Shown one piece after another: positions 54,617 to 64,000 of a stretch of DNA of 64,000 nt (position 1 is the first letter of the stretch; each line of letters starts with the position of its first letter). The stretch is from IMG/VR virus record IMGVR_UViG_3300025282_000024; one strand, given 5' to 3'. Source of the DNA: a virus. Position numbers and translations under genes: made by a program. The notes beneath the pieces are model-generated. The model was not told the DNA's origin and ran no database searches. It saw only the letters and a list, made by a program, of their open reading frames with translations.

Positions 54617-55465
54617 GTCCGCACTAAGCGGAACCTCCAAAAGGTCCGAATGACCGCAATGAGAACATGTAAAATCATGTTTCAGATCTAAGTTGGGCAC
54701 CAACTTATCATAAGTTTTTCTTATATATCGCGCCTGGAGGGCCGGCAAAGAATTTATAAAACCATTTAAAGAATTTGCGTCTGCTACCCCATTCACAGAA
54801 ATAATAAAAGCTCTTAAAAAATCAGTCATAGGGGTTTCTGGAAAGTTGCGCTTTTTCTTGTGTTCTGATATTTTATTAATGGCCTTTTCATCATGGCCCG
54901 TTAATAATCTAGCCTCAATTACAAAATCGGTTGTTGGGAGAGGAATTAAAAAAGTATTATTATCAGTTAAAGTAATATTTTTACTCTCCAAATATTCTTC
55001 AGTCGCTGAGTGAGATTGTAGGGCGCCCAAGTCAAATTCATATTGTTGTTTTTCTTCACAAGAAGGGCATGTGGCATTAGTTTCATATGTGGTGCCATAT
55101 CCATGCGCTCGTGCAGAAATAATAAGCGCATTTTTATCCCCCAACAACAGATCATCGACTCTCACATGTTTATTTATGATAAGGCTCTCAAGTAGTCTTT
55201 CAAGGGCCAATCCTTTTTTTAACAACGCCTGTGAGGTAAGAATATCTTCCTCTTTGGTGGTCATATGCTTCATTTCAATAACGCTTTCGTTATGAAGGGG
55301 GTGGTTGGGTGGATAATATCTACCACCGCTTGGTAGCTCAACAAATTCAGTTGGCGTAATAAAATTTAAAACTTGGGGTGGTGGAGTTGACATACTTTCA
55401 GGTGAACGTGATGACACATCCGGCACCGCATGCGGGCCAAGACGGCCTTCATTTCTACTGCTCAT
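54599..55465 (-). CDS. baseplate hub/tail assembly chaperone (gp26-like)
   Basis: VELPSGG.YY, MTTKEEDIL, CPSC and CSHC, ends DFFWSN. Confidence 0.8.
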   Translation of the reverse strand: MSSRNEGRLGPHAVPDVSSRSPESMSTPPPQVLNFITPTEFVELPSGGRYYPPNHPLHNESVIEMKHMTTKEEDILTSQALLKKGLALERLLESLIINKHVRVDDLLLGDKNALIISARAHGYGTTYETNATCPSCEEKQQYEFDLGALQSHSATEEYLESKNITLTDNNTFLIPLPTTDFVIEARLLTGHDEKAINKISEHKKKRNFPETPMTDFLRAFIISVNGVADANSLNGFINSLPALQARYIRKTYDKLVPNLDLKHDFTCSHCGHSDLLEVPLSADFFWSN

Positions 55466-55518
55466 ATTAAACCTCTCTTATCTCTTAAATATAACACACC
55501 GGTGTTAATAATTTAAAT

Positions 55519-56316
55519 TTATTTTTTTTCAGGGCTAAGACTCTTTTGGAAATTGGCGTCGCCAATATTCATCGTCTTGGCAAACTTTTTTGCTTCTTTG
55601 TCAAGAAAGGTGGAAATAGGTTTTTTGGCTTTGTCACTTAGGCCCACTCTTTCTAGACGACTTTCTAAAAGTTTGTCGCCCCACGTGCTTTCATATGAAA
55701 AGTCCTGATAATTAAAACCTAAATCAATGGTACCAAAGCCAGATCCTTGATAATTAATCGATGAAAAATTCACAGAAGTTAAAACTGGCCTTTCTATTAT
55801 CCATTGGCCCACACTCTGTCCTTTATTATCAAATTCAATAATATTAAATCTTGGAGGATTATCTTTCATGGCCATTTGTATTTTTTCAGGCTTCGCAAAT
55901 CCGTCCTGCTTTATGGACGACATCTTTTTATAATATTGGGCAGTTTTTCCCTGAAGTGTTAAAGAAGCTTGAATGGCAGCTGCCGTATTAGCGCCTTTAT
56001 TATGATTTACAACGTCTATTAATGTTACCTTTAAAGGTTTTGTGTTATAGCCCTGCGTGGGATATTCAATTCTTTGAAAGTCTCCAGTCTCTAACTGGTA
56101 TTCTGCAGTTATGGTTTCAATCCTAGAATAGCCCGGGCGATCAAAAGATCGAACCAAATATGGCTCTATATTTTGCAAACCATCTCCCCCAAAAATAAGA
56201 TCAGGAAAAATCAAAATAGCTTCATATATTCTCTTTGGCCTAGCTTCGTTGCTAGACCAAAATTGAAAAGCTTTTGGATTAAATGCTACAGGTTTTGTGT
56301 TATCAAAAATGCCCAT
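55519..56316 (-). CDS. tail-tube-like protein 2
   Basis: FWS...PKR, RP, W....V.SVNF..I.Y pattern shared with the tube protein. Confidence 0.6.
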   Translation of the reverse strand: MGIFDNTKPVAFNPKAFQFWSSNEARPKRIYEAILIFPDLIFGGDGLQNIEPYLVRSFDRPGYSRIETITAEYQLETGDFQRIEYPTQGYNTKPLKVTLIDVVNHNKGANTAAAIQASLTLQGKTAQYYKKMSSIKQDGFAKPEKIQMAMKDNPPRFNIIEFDNKGQSVGQWIIERPVLTSVNFSSINYQGSGFGTIDLGFNYQDFSYESTWGDKLLESRLERVGLSDKAKKPISTFLDKEAKKFAKTMNIGDANFQKSLSPEKK

Positions 56317-56334
56317 AAAATAGCACCACCTTAC

Positions 56335-56952
56335 TTATTCAGTAAAACCGAGTTCGCTTTGGTATTGTGCAATTGTGGCTGCCTGATTCATGCCGTTAAC
56401 CATGATTTGCTCTGGAATTGGTTGGTCCGGAGAAGCTGGCGCTCCTTCATATTGGGCCCAATCATATCTAAGAGTCATCTGGATATTGACCATCGTGTCA
56501 TTTTCGTAAGACAATTCTCCAAAGTTCACACCGGCAACCCACGCATTGAAGAGTGTCCATTTTTCAATGGCATTCCCTCTCGCGTCAATTTGTTGCAGGC
56601 TCGGAACTCCCAGAGCTTGAACGGCGTCTCTTTTACTAAAAGATCTTTTTGCATCTTCTTGAGTACCAGGAATGGCATAACCGGAAGCTTGAAGAGTTTT
56701 AACTATAATGGCAGATGCATCTGGAAAGACAGGATCAACTAGGCTTACTTGCATCTCTTGCCACTGAATTCTTCCAGGGAAGTGAAAAGTGTGTGCCACA
56801 AATTGATGCTGTACGGATTCAATTGTAAAATTTGGTTTTCCTGATGTTTTAACAACATAAGTGGGAATTTGATTCAAGACCAGAATCCACCTATAGCTTC
56901 TTTTCGGATCCACCGAAGTAGAATTCCAGAATTGTTCATTTTTGATTGTCAT
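56335..56952 (-). CDS. tail tube protein (gp19-like)
   Basis: PGRIQW, WTLFNAW..VNFGELSY, LRYDWA; follows sheath. Confidence 0.85.
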   Translation of the reverse strand: MTIKNEQFWNSTSVDPKRSYRWILVLNQIPTYVVKTSGKPNFTIESVQHQFVAHTFHFPGRIQWQEMQVSLVDPVFPDASAIIVKTLQASGYAIPGTQEDAKRSFSKRDAVQALGVPSLQQIDARGNAIEKWTLFNAWVAGVNFGELSYENDTMVNIQMTLRYDWAQYEGAPASPDQPIPEQIMVNGMNQAATIAQYQSELGFTE

Positions 56953-56998
56953 TAGTTAAAATCTCCTCTTCTATTATAAATAGAACTAAATTAAATTT

Positions 56999-59900
56999 TT
57001 AATCCTCAAAAGATGCTCCCGTATTTGTAATAATGAAATCAATGGCAATATATTCAATTGAACGTGCAGGTTTAATATAGATTTTTGCATACATAATGTT
57101 TCTGTCTATAAGATCTGGAGTGGTGGTTGTCTCGTCGAGAATAACCTTATAATCTGTTAAGCCTAGGCCAGCTTTCACATCTGCCAAGAACGGCTCCACT
57201 TTAGATTTAAACCGTGTCCAAGTCACCTCCACATTCTGATCGAACAAAATAGTTGCAGCAAATCTAGAAACTTGCTTCTTCAAGTAAATAAGAAGCCTTC
57301 TCACGTTGATTCTATCAAGCGCCGAAGCCCCTACTTGCAAAGTTTTCTGACCGAAGATTACAATCCCTTCTGCTGGGAAAGAAGCAATCGGGTTAATTTG
57401 ATTCTCATAAAGCCGATCCCTTTGCTTGGAAGTGAGTTTCTCCTCCACGCTGACGACGGGAACTCCGCCGGCTCGATTGGCACTTAAACCTCCGCGAGTG
57501 AAACCTGCCGGAGCAAACCAAAGTTGAGAATTAGCCTCACCGTAGGACATTGCGCCGATGGCAACGACTGACGGAGGTGCCCAAAGTGTAACACCATTAA
57601 TGGTATCCCTAATCTGGACCCATGGATAATAAGCACATCCGTAACTACTATTAACCTGAAGATTGTTTCTCTTTTCACTAACAACAGTCTTTACTTTCCC
57701 TCGACGGGCCACTCGCGTGCCATCCGACTCGGAAGGAGGCTGGTAGCCACCTTTAAGATCAATGACTGCCAGGGCGTCCCCTCTGTTTTCACACATATCT
57801 ACTAATTTATTATTAAGTGTGTTATAAGTGAGACCAGGCATCGATGCCACATTATATTCTACAACTTCGGGGTCACTCAGGGAATCCATCGCGACCGTAA
57901 CAGAGTTATAAGGAGCATCTGTTGCTTCTGTAGAGTCAGAATCCCACTGAGAATTCCTAAAGGGATCACTTTCTCTAATATTTAAGCCGTCAGCTCCACC
58001 ATGTAAACAAGTCGTGAATTGTTTCCAGCCGGCTGTGTCACCTCCATAATTATCATCAATAACATTTAGATAATTAGGTAACGATGGCCCAGCGACGGTT
58101 GCAGCTTTGGAGCCGGTATGTGCAGTATAGGAAGTTCCGTTCACACGTGAACCAGATTCATATACGGCATTTGCAGCATAGCTCGCGACTGACGTCGCGA
58201 TCGTAATGGCCGAATTTCTAACATCATCTAGTGTAAAAATCCACGAAGCCTCAGTGAGCCCGGCAGTTGCATCCCAACTATCAATGTCTTCACATCTCGT
58301 TCGGAGTACATCAATAACACTATCATCAAAGCGAGAGCTGTTATATGTAGTATCTACCCCAAAATAAGCATCTTTAGGGTCTGCCAGCGCAGAGCCTTCC
58401 GACGAACTCCCTCGCAATCTTAATTGCGGGAATTTAAATCCAGCTTTGGGGCTGGAGCCAGTGGGAGAGTAGAGCAGCGCCTTATTGGTCGCGGCTAAGG
58501 CGCCGGCTGAAATCGAAGCGGTGCTATCCAGCGTACTGAGCATCGGATCAGCAACGCCAACGCTTACAAAAGCGTCGGTCGCGCCGGCAAGGGCAGCCGC
58601 TAGCGGGTCTGTTTCGAAATAGCTTCTAAGGTTACCCGAAGCTGCGGTTCCCCATCCGACATAACGAACGGGGCCATAAACACCATAGGGAATGCTTTTT
58701 TCATTAACCGTGGCGCGTTGTACATCGCTGTGTGCCTCTACGTAGACATAATTAGAAACGTTTTCAAAATCTCCGAAAGTTCTATATCTTCTATCCGTGT
58801 CATCCCATTGAACAAATTTATCACCAATTTTTCTAGCTACGTAATTGCTAGAAGCAGGGTCCAAAGTACAATTATTGTATTGTTCTAAAATAACTGGAGC
58901 AGCGTCGATATCGTTAATAGCTCGAACTACAACAGTAAAGCTTCCATATTGATTGCTGTCAAGAGGGTCTGCTGCTCTAAGATCTCTAATACCCACTTTA
59001 ACCTTGCGCTGTGTTTCTTCACCCAGTTCACGGCTACATAATCTAAAAAGTTTTTGCATCTTTTCTGGGTTATAGGTACCTGGCACGACGGAGCCCGCGT
59101 CGACGCTTCCTCCGCCGGTGGTGGATAAATCTTGAGAAATAAACCATCCCGTCTTAGCAAATTGCTGTGTCGGACTTTTGGTCGGCGACATTGTAAAATT
59201 ACCATGGTCCTCGGTTTCATCTGGAGAACCCACTCTCATGAGGGCGCCCCAAGTGTTGTTAGCCACAGATCCCGATATTCCTAGGGCTCCAGCGTTAGGG
59301 AAGGTTCTTAAATTACCCTCAAACGATTCTCCAAGCCAATAATTTATATTATTATCAGCGCCGACAACATCTGAATTTGTTTTAATTGGGTTTGTATTAA
59401 ATACCTTTCGAATAAATCGAGGGGAGTCCGGATTAAAATTAAAAGCAGACTCAACAACAATATTATCACTCGAATCTCTAATTGTAGCCTTAAATGTCAC
59501 GCCAGTGTCGACGGCCCTATAAAACGTAAAAGCAGAAGCCGTCGCCGCGTTGACAGTGGAAGCGGTCAGCGCCAAATTTCCAGTAAGCTGAATACTTCCG
59601 TTTGTCAAGTACCAAATAGCGGCTAGGGTACCTGTCATCAGGTTTGCGTCTCCGAAAACGGGGAAAGTGTGCGATCCCGACTCGAAAGCGGAGGCCGTCA
59701 GAGCGGTCGCTGCACTTGGCCCCTCACATACAAAGAGCCCATATGCACCATTATTGGACGCGGGGGCGGCACTTGGGGCCACACTATCGGCAGTCGCCCA
59801 GCCGGCATATGCGGTGGAGGCTGCGGCAGCTGCATTTGTTTGTCCCAGTAGTCTAACTACAGTTATAGGAGAGTTATTGCGTAGCCAAGCCTGGGCCGCA

Positions 59901-60154
59901 TATGCTGCATATGTTGGGGAAGTATAATTTCCGTATCGGAAAACGTCACCGCCGGCACCTCCGGGAATCGGGTTACCAAAAACTTCTACAAATTCTGAAA
60001 ATGAACTAACTTGTACGGGCTTTAAAGCAGGCCCTCGCTCCAACCTTCCAATAACAGCGGGCCCAATGGCAGCTGGTAAGGCGGGTAACTGAGAATTATC
60101 AATTTCATTAATAAAAATTCCCGGTGATATAAACTTAAATTTCTTGTAAGACAT
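56999..60154 (-). CDS. tail sheath protein (gp18-like)
   Basis: FISPGIFINEID, YYPW, WFAPAG..RG, INPI, FGQKTL, RINVRRLL, KPARSIEYI. Confidence 0.95.
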   Translation of the reverse strand: MSYKKFKFISPGIFINEIDNSQLPALPAAIGPAVIGRLERGPALKPVQVSSFSEFVEVFGNPIPGGAGGDVFRYGNYTSPTYAAYAAQAWLRNNSPITVVRLLGQTNAAAAASTAYAGWATADSVAPSAAPASNNGAYGLFVCEGPSAATALTASAFESGSHTFPVFGDANLMTGTLAAIWYLTNGSIQLTGNLALTASTVNAATASAFTFYRAVDTGVTFKATIRDSSDNIVVESAFNFNPDSPRFIRKVFNTNPIKTNSDVVGADNNINYWLGESFEGNLRTFPNAGALGISGSVANNTWGALMRVGSPDETEDHGNFTMSPTKSPTQQFAKTGWFISQDLSTTGGGSVDAGSVVPGTYNPEKMQKLFRLCSRELGEETQRKVKVGIRDLRAADPLDSNQYGSFTVVVRAINDIDAAPVILEQYNNCTLDPASSNYVARKIGDKFVQWDDTDRRYRTFGDFENVSNYVYVEAHSDVQRATVNEKSIPYGVYGPVRYVGWGTAASGNLRSYFETDPLAAALAGATDAFVSVGVADPMLSTLDSTASISAGALAATNKALLYSPTGSSPKAGFKFPQLRLRGSSSEGSALADPKDAYFGVDTTYNSSRFDDSVIDVLRTRCEDIDSWDATAGLTEASWIFTLDDVRNSAITIATSVASYAANAVYESGSRVNGTSYTAHTGSKAATVAGPSLPNYLNVIDDNYGGDTAGWKQFTTCLHGGADGLNIRESDPFRNSQWDSDSTEATDAPYNSVTVAMDSLSDPEVVEYNVASMPGLTYNTLNNKLVDMCENRGDALAVIDLKGGYQPPSESDGTRVARRGKVKTVVSEKRNNLQVNSSYGCAYYPWVQIRDTINGVTLWAPPSVVAIGAMSYGEANSQLWFAPAGFTRGGLSANRAGGVPVVSVEEKLTSKQRDRLYENQINPIASFPAEGIVIFGQKTLQVGASALDRINVRRLLIYLKKQVSRFAATILFDQNVEVTWTRFKSKVEPFLADVKAGLGLTDYKVILDETTTTPDLIDRNIMYAKIYIKPARSIEYIAIDFIITNTGASFED

Positions 60155-60233
60155 ATGCTGTTCTCTCCTTTAAACAGGGGGTGCTATTTCTTTAATAAAT
60201 AGTAGTACAATAAAGCAAAAACCTTTTTTAATC

Positions 60234-61139
60234 TCAATCTCTATAAAATCCACTTTTTGGATCAAAGTCTTGTTTATCGTCCAAAATAACGCGCTCTCTA
60301 GGTATTTTAACCTCAACTGCATTTTCCGTTTTAATAATTCGAGGGCGCTCTTGATTTTTGCCCTCTCCAATAACATATCCCAACACTTCAAAATTAACAA
60401 CTGTTTGAAAAATTCTCTCTTCTTGATCGAAAGAAGAGATATTATTGTTTTGTGATAGGTCGGATTGTAAAAAAGTTTCATATGTGTGGCCATCGCGCTC
60501 TATCAAAAAAGAGTTTATATGGCCACCCAATGTAACAAAGGGTTGTAACATCTGATTCATGTGCTGTTGATAGTTCGCTTGTAACGTTACTTGATACCCA
60601 ATATTCACATATACAGGTTGTGGTACCGAAAGTGTTTCTATTACCACTTTTTTATTTCTCTTCTCCGTAAGAGGATAATAAGATTGACGTCCCGGAGTTC
60701 GATGCACATTATTAAATTTTTTCTTATTTTGTGCAATTGCAAAATTGTTTGTTTTATCATTAACTATCCTTTTAGATACTACAATTCGGCCTCCTCTGGT
60801 GGGATCAGTAAACTGTGTTGGTGCGCCAAAAAATTTACCTTTTTTAACGAGGTCTCTTGTCATAGATGTTCTTTGAAGGCTTATAACAGGGTAAATTAAC
60901 GTACCATCTAAACTAAATCTGTCTTTATTTTCTTTCGAAAAATAAGACCGCTCGGGGGATGCCCAAATTATATTAACTTTTGTCCACCCCTTGTTGGTAT
61001 TGGCTCTGATTTGTAACTTATCCTTAACAAAATCATAAAATGCGTAATCAATTGTTTCAAAGTCGGAAGGGTTCAAAAAAGCTTTATCTAGGAGGTTATT
61101 TTGCTTTTCTAGAACTTTAGAATCACTATCAGTTGCCAT
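60234..61139 (-). CDS. tail terminator/sheath stabiliser (gp15-like)
   Basis: SPER, YPVISLQR, PVYVNIGY; position before sheath. Confidence 0.65.
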   Translation of the reverse strand: MATDSDSKVLEKQNNLLDKAFLNPSDFETIDYAFYDFVKDKLQIRANTNKGWTKVNIIWASPERSYFSKENKDRFSLDGTLIYPVISLQRTSMTRDLVKKGKFFGAPTQFTDPTRGGRIVVSKRIVNDKTNNFAIAQNKKKFNNVHRTPGRQSYYPLTEKRNKKVVIETLSVPQPVYVNIGYQVTLQANYQQHMNQMLQPFVTLGGHINSFLIERDGHTYETFLQSDLSQNNNISSFDQEERIFQTVVNFEVLGYVIGEGKNQERPRIIKTENAVEVKIPRERVILDDKQDFDPKSGFYRD

Positions 61140-61641
61140 CGAAAGTCCCCTCCCTTGCTTTTATGCACTTAGCCTCGGCTTCGAAAATGCGCTCTCGACC
61201 CTCCCACGCTTGGCCAAAAATTTGTCGAGGATAGTTTATAGTGGCAATTTCAAATAAGTCTTCACCATATAATATAAAATCACCTTCACGAATATATAGA
61301 TCCTGATCTTCTGTTAATCTTCTTCTATGAAATTTTACTGTAAGGGAAAGTCGTTTATCAATACCTAAATTATTAACCGTAGTTGTATAACCCTCCCAAG
61401 TAACCAAAACATGAACTCTAATTGGAGATAAAAAGCTCTTTTGTATGGCCTCTCCGTATAAAGGGTGAAAATTAGTATGTTCCACACTAATAGGGTAATA
61501 AATTATTTCTTGTCCAATGACGCGTTCAATTAATTCATCATTAACTTGCTTAACTAAATTTCTTTCCTTCTCTCCTAAAAATAAAGGAGGAGGAGGAGAA
61601 GCTGGTTGTGACCATTTAGTTTTGTCTGTTGGGTCTGCCAC
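61129..61641 (-). CDS. head closure/neck protein (gp14-like)
   Basis: GQEIIYY, LYGE, EGD.I.Y; position. Confidence 0.7.
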   Translation of the reverse strand: MADPTDKTKWSQPASPPPPLFLGEKERNLVKQVNDELIERVIGQEIIYYPISVEHTNFHPLYGEAIQKSFLSPIRVHVLVTWEGYTTTVNNLGIDKRLSLTVKFHRRRLTEDQDLYIREGDFILYGEDLFEIATINYPRQIFGQAWEGRERIFEAEAKCIKAREGTFDGN

Positions 61642-61645
61642 TTAT

Positions 61646-62944
61646 TTACCCCACAAAAACCTTTAAAGGTATTAATTTATTAATTGTGTTTACGGCTTCC
61701 ATAAGGGTGGCATCTTCTGCCATCAGTTTAGTGTAGGTTAATTCATCCAGAGTTGTTCTTAATTCTTCTCTTAGTTTTTCTTGCTCTGTCTGTGCTTGGG
61801 TTAAAAGTGCGGGGCCGTCGAGGGTCACACTTTCGCCCGGAATTGGTATGGTTGTAAATTTACTTCTAATATTTCCTAAAGTTTCTTTCGAAAGAGACAA
61901 AGCAAACCTTCTAATCCATTGTTTGCCTATTGCATTAATATTTTCATAAGGCAGATTTTCATAGGGAAGGGTATTCATGTTATTAATACCCTCAATCCCT
62001 GATTTTCCGCCGCGCCCCGAAGTGTCGCTTTCTTCCCAAGGATCAGAGTCAACAAAAAATTCTATCCAATATTTAGAAGGGCCCGCTTGATAGGCATCCG
62101 GAAAAATACGAAGTCTATTATTCTTGATTTCGTAGGAATACTGTGAATTTCTTGTATAAATCGCATCCTCAAAAGCCATAGATTGCGCTTTATTCTGCCA
62201 TGTTGGTATGATTTCAAATGTTGAATCATCAGCCCACTGTCCATAACTAGCCAAATTCCCAACTGTATTTATGCCCCCATAATACCCATAAAACCTCCAC
62301 ATGGCCTGGGGCGTTTTATAAAAAACTCTTGTTATATTAATTCGTTTATCGCCCACTTGACCAAAAAAAGGAAGTGACGCAGTGCCGGCTGCAGAAGAAG
62401 ACACTATCTGTTGCAAATCATAATCTTGTCGACCCGATACTGCATCGAAGGAAGCAGAATAAATGGCTACCTCTCCGCCGAAACCAACTTCTGTAGAAAC
62501 TCCATAACCCACGCGTCGAGAATAAGCAAACTCAAACCGTGGAAATTTCAAATTAATATTTTTGCCCGCAAGGGAATCTCCAGTCTGGAGTTGCCCATCA
62601 TGATCAAATGTTCCGGTGGTTGCGCCTAGAAGGTCAGAAAGTGCATTTTTAGCTTGATGAATATTAAGAATATAAGAATATTCCAAAACAGATTCTTCAT
62701 AAGAAGCATAGATATTATTATCAGTTAATTCAATATCTAATACGTCCCCACCTAGCTTTTTATACGTATAGGATACTTGCTCTGCGGCGCCAGTACAAAA
62801 ATATTGAGAAAATAGCGCAGATGTTGTATTGGAATATAATCCAAAAGGCAAATTAGCATTATCTTCAACATCGGCTGCTAGGCTGCTTGTCGTTAAAACA
62901 ACAGCACTCATTTGTGAAACAGGATTTAAAGTAGGCAATGCCAT
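61646..62944 (-). CDS. neck protein (gp13-like)
   Basis: LGG.VLDIEL, WIRRFAL.L.KE.LG.IRSKF..IP.PG..V.LDG. Confidence 0.8.
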   Translation of the reverse strand: MALPTLNPVSQMSAVVLTTSSLAADVEDNANLPFGLYSNTTSALFSQYFCTGAAEQVSYTYKKLGGDVLDIELTDNNIYASYEESVLEYSYILNIHQAKNALSDLLGATTGTFDHDGQLQTGDSLAGKNINLKFPRFEFAYSRRVGYGVSTEVGFGGEVAIYSASFDAVSGRQDYDLQQIVSSSAAGTASLPFFGQVGDKRINITRVFYKTPQAMWRFYGYYGGINTVGNLASYGQWADDSTFEIIPTWQNKAQSMAFEDAIYTRNSQYSYEIKNNRLRIFPDAYQAGPSKYWIEFFVDSDPWEESDTSGRGGKSGIEGINNMNTLPYENLPYENINAIGKQWIRRFALSLSKETLGNIRSKFTTIPIPGESVTLDGPALLTQAQTEQEKLREELRTTLDELTYTKLMAEDATLMEAVNTINKLIPLKVFVG

Positions 62945-62997
62945 TCATTTGGTCTCCTACCAATAAATAGTTAAGACGAAGGTAAAAAAACTAAATG

Positions 62998-63237
62998 TTA
63001 GTTGTTTGTTGGTTTTTTACTTTCAGCGGCCCTTAAATCAGATTGAAGCTTAGTCGCTTTAGGGGCTTTCTCCCGTTTCTTCCCTTCAGGGGGAGTTGCC
63101 ACTGACGCTTCAACTACCTTTTTAGGCTTTGGACGTCGCTCAACAACTTTCGGCTTTGGTGCTGTCTTGGGCACCACAACAACTGTATTCTTTTTTCGCG
63201 CCTGGATAAGGCGTAATCTTTTCTTTTTTCTACCCAT
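62998..63237 (-). CDS. small Lys/Pro-rich late protein
   Basis: ORF with AAGGAG SD and ACTATTTATA motif. Confidence 0.65.
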   Translation of the reverse strand: MGRKKKRLRLIQARKKNTVVVVPKTAPKPKVVERRPKPKKVVEASVATPPEGKKREKAPKATKLQSDLRAAESKKPTNN

Positions 63238-63342
63238 GGGAAATCTCCTTTATATAAATAGTCACTAAAACCCAAAATCTCAAAAAATTGGAGGCGTCAA
63301 ATTTTTGACCAACTCGGTTTTTAAAAACAGTTTGTTTTGTAT

Positions 63343-63375
63343 AAAAAACCCCGGCTTCTTAAAAAGAAGCCGGGG
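63343..63375 (-). terminator. intrinsic terminator after major capsid gene
   Basis: CCCCGGCTTCT/AGAAGCCGGGG stem followed by TTTTTT. Confidence 0.9.
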
Positions 63376-63402
63376 CTTATAATTAACCTAAGTTAATTTA
63401 GC

Positions 63403-64000
63403 TTAAGAGCCAGACTCACCAAGCAATCCACGTATAACCACAAGGCCATACATATCAGGACGAACCATCTTCTTGGCGTAGCGGGTCATGACACCCTTAC
63501 GTGGCACGAAGTCTTCCGTACCAAAGATGGTAGGCGTGACTTGCAACGGCACATAAGGAGCATATACATAGCCACTCTCAAGGAAGCTATTGCCCTTACG
63601 ACCAACAAGAACAAGGTTGCGCGGGAAGTAAGGATCGATGTAAACATCGTATTTCTTACTAATTTGGCCAACCTTAAGTGCCCCAGCGGTTCCCTTAGAA
63701 TCATCAACGGTAACGCTTGCGCGGAAACCAGCAGTGAATTCAAGGATAGAAGCAACTTCTGGTGACGTGACCAAGAAATTAGCTCCGCCGCGCAGAGTTT
63801 TTCGGTGGATTTGCGCCGACACATCATTAACTGTCTCTAGGAGTGTCTCATACCACTCAGAAACAGTACCTGTAAAGTCGGGAGCTGCCGTATTGGCACC
63901 CACTTCTGCACCAGTTGTTCTCTCCACAAAAAGACCGGGTGACCGAGACCAGTAATAAGTACCAGCTTTGGCCTCCTTAATGAGGTCTTCAAGGATCTCG
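63403..64000 (-). CDS. major capsid protein (gp23-like), 5'-truncated by window edge
   Basis: RGGANF.V.SP, VYIDPY, G..YAPYVPL, P.KG.MTRY. Confidence 0.93.
   Translation of the reverse strand, partial: EILEDLIKEAKAGTYYWSRSPGLFVERTTGAEVGANTAAPDFTGTVSEWYETLLETVNDVSAQIHRKTLRGGANFLVTSPEVASILEFTAGFRASVTVDDSKGTAGALKVGQISKKYDVYIDPYFPRNLVLVGRKGNSFLESGYVYAPYVPLQVTPTIFGTEDFVPRKGVMTRYAKKMVRPDMYGLVVIRGLLGESGS

Noticed and set aside
1-64000. Plus-strand ORFs in the six-frame track
   Set aside because: Nearly all are antisense shadows of well-supported minus-strand genes, with no SD or recognisable motifs.
1-64000. Stop-codon reassignment
   Set aside because: Long conserved genes are intact under the standard code, and TAA, TAG and TGA all end genes.

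Overview
This is a 64-kb segment of a large contractile-tailed (T4-superfamily or jumbo-like) bacteriophage genome. Essentially every real gene is on the minus strand and uses the standard genetic code. In transcription order (right to left) it contains: (1) a virion module: major capsid C-terminus, neck proteins, tail terminator, sheath, two tube-like proteins, tail chaperone with a likely programmed frameshift, tape measure, baseplate; (2) a replication/recombination module: minimal family-A polymerase, tubulin/FtsZ-like protein, SSB, ParB-like protein, RecA, 5'-3' exonuclease, DnaB-like helicase, class II RNR, ThyX, DnaE, dUTPase, GMP reductase/IMPDH; (3) a tRNA island: tRNA-Arg(UCU), an HNH endonuclease, a tRNA-Arg 3' half, tRNA-Leu(UAA) and a tmRNA-like 3' remnant; (4) ClpP, an amidase endolysin, GroEL and GroES; (5) a ~12-kb early/host-takeover region driven by at least 11 sigma70-type promoters. 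The most unusual signal is an array of 16 small 'MKVGDLV' KOW/SH3-like genes chained by a standard dual-coding 14-nt overlap junction, which unrelated cargo genes also use. Other notable features: a family of proteins sharing an 'MKLTKQQLKxIIKEEL' leader, a late-promoter motif that is the reverse complement of the T4 late promoter, an HNH-driven tRNA replacement, a candidate ncRNA, and a duplicated covarying RNA element. All functional calls come from motif recognition by eye; no database search was run.
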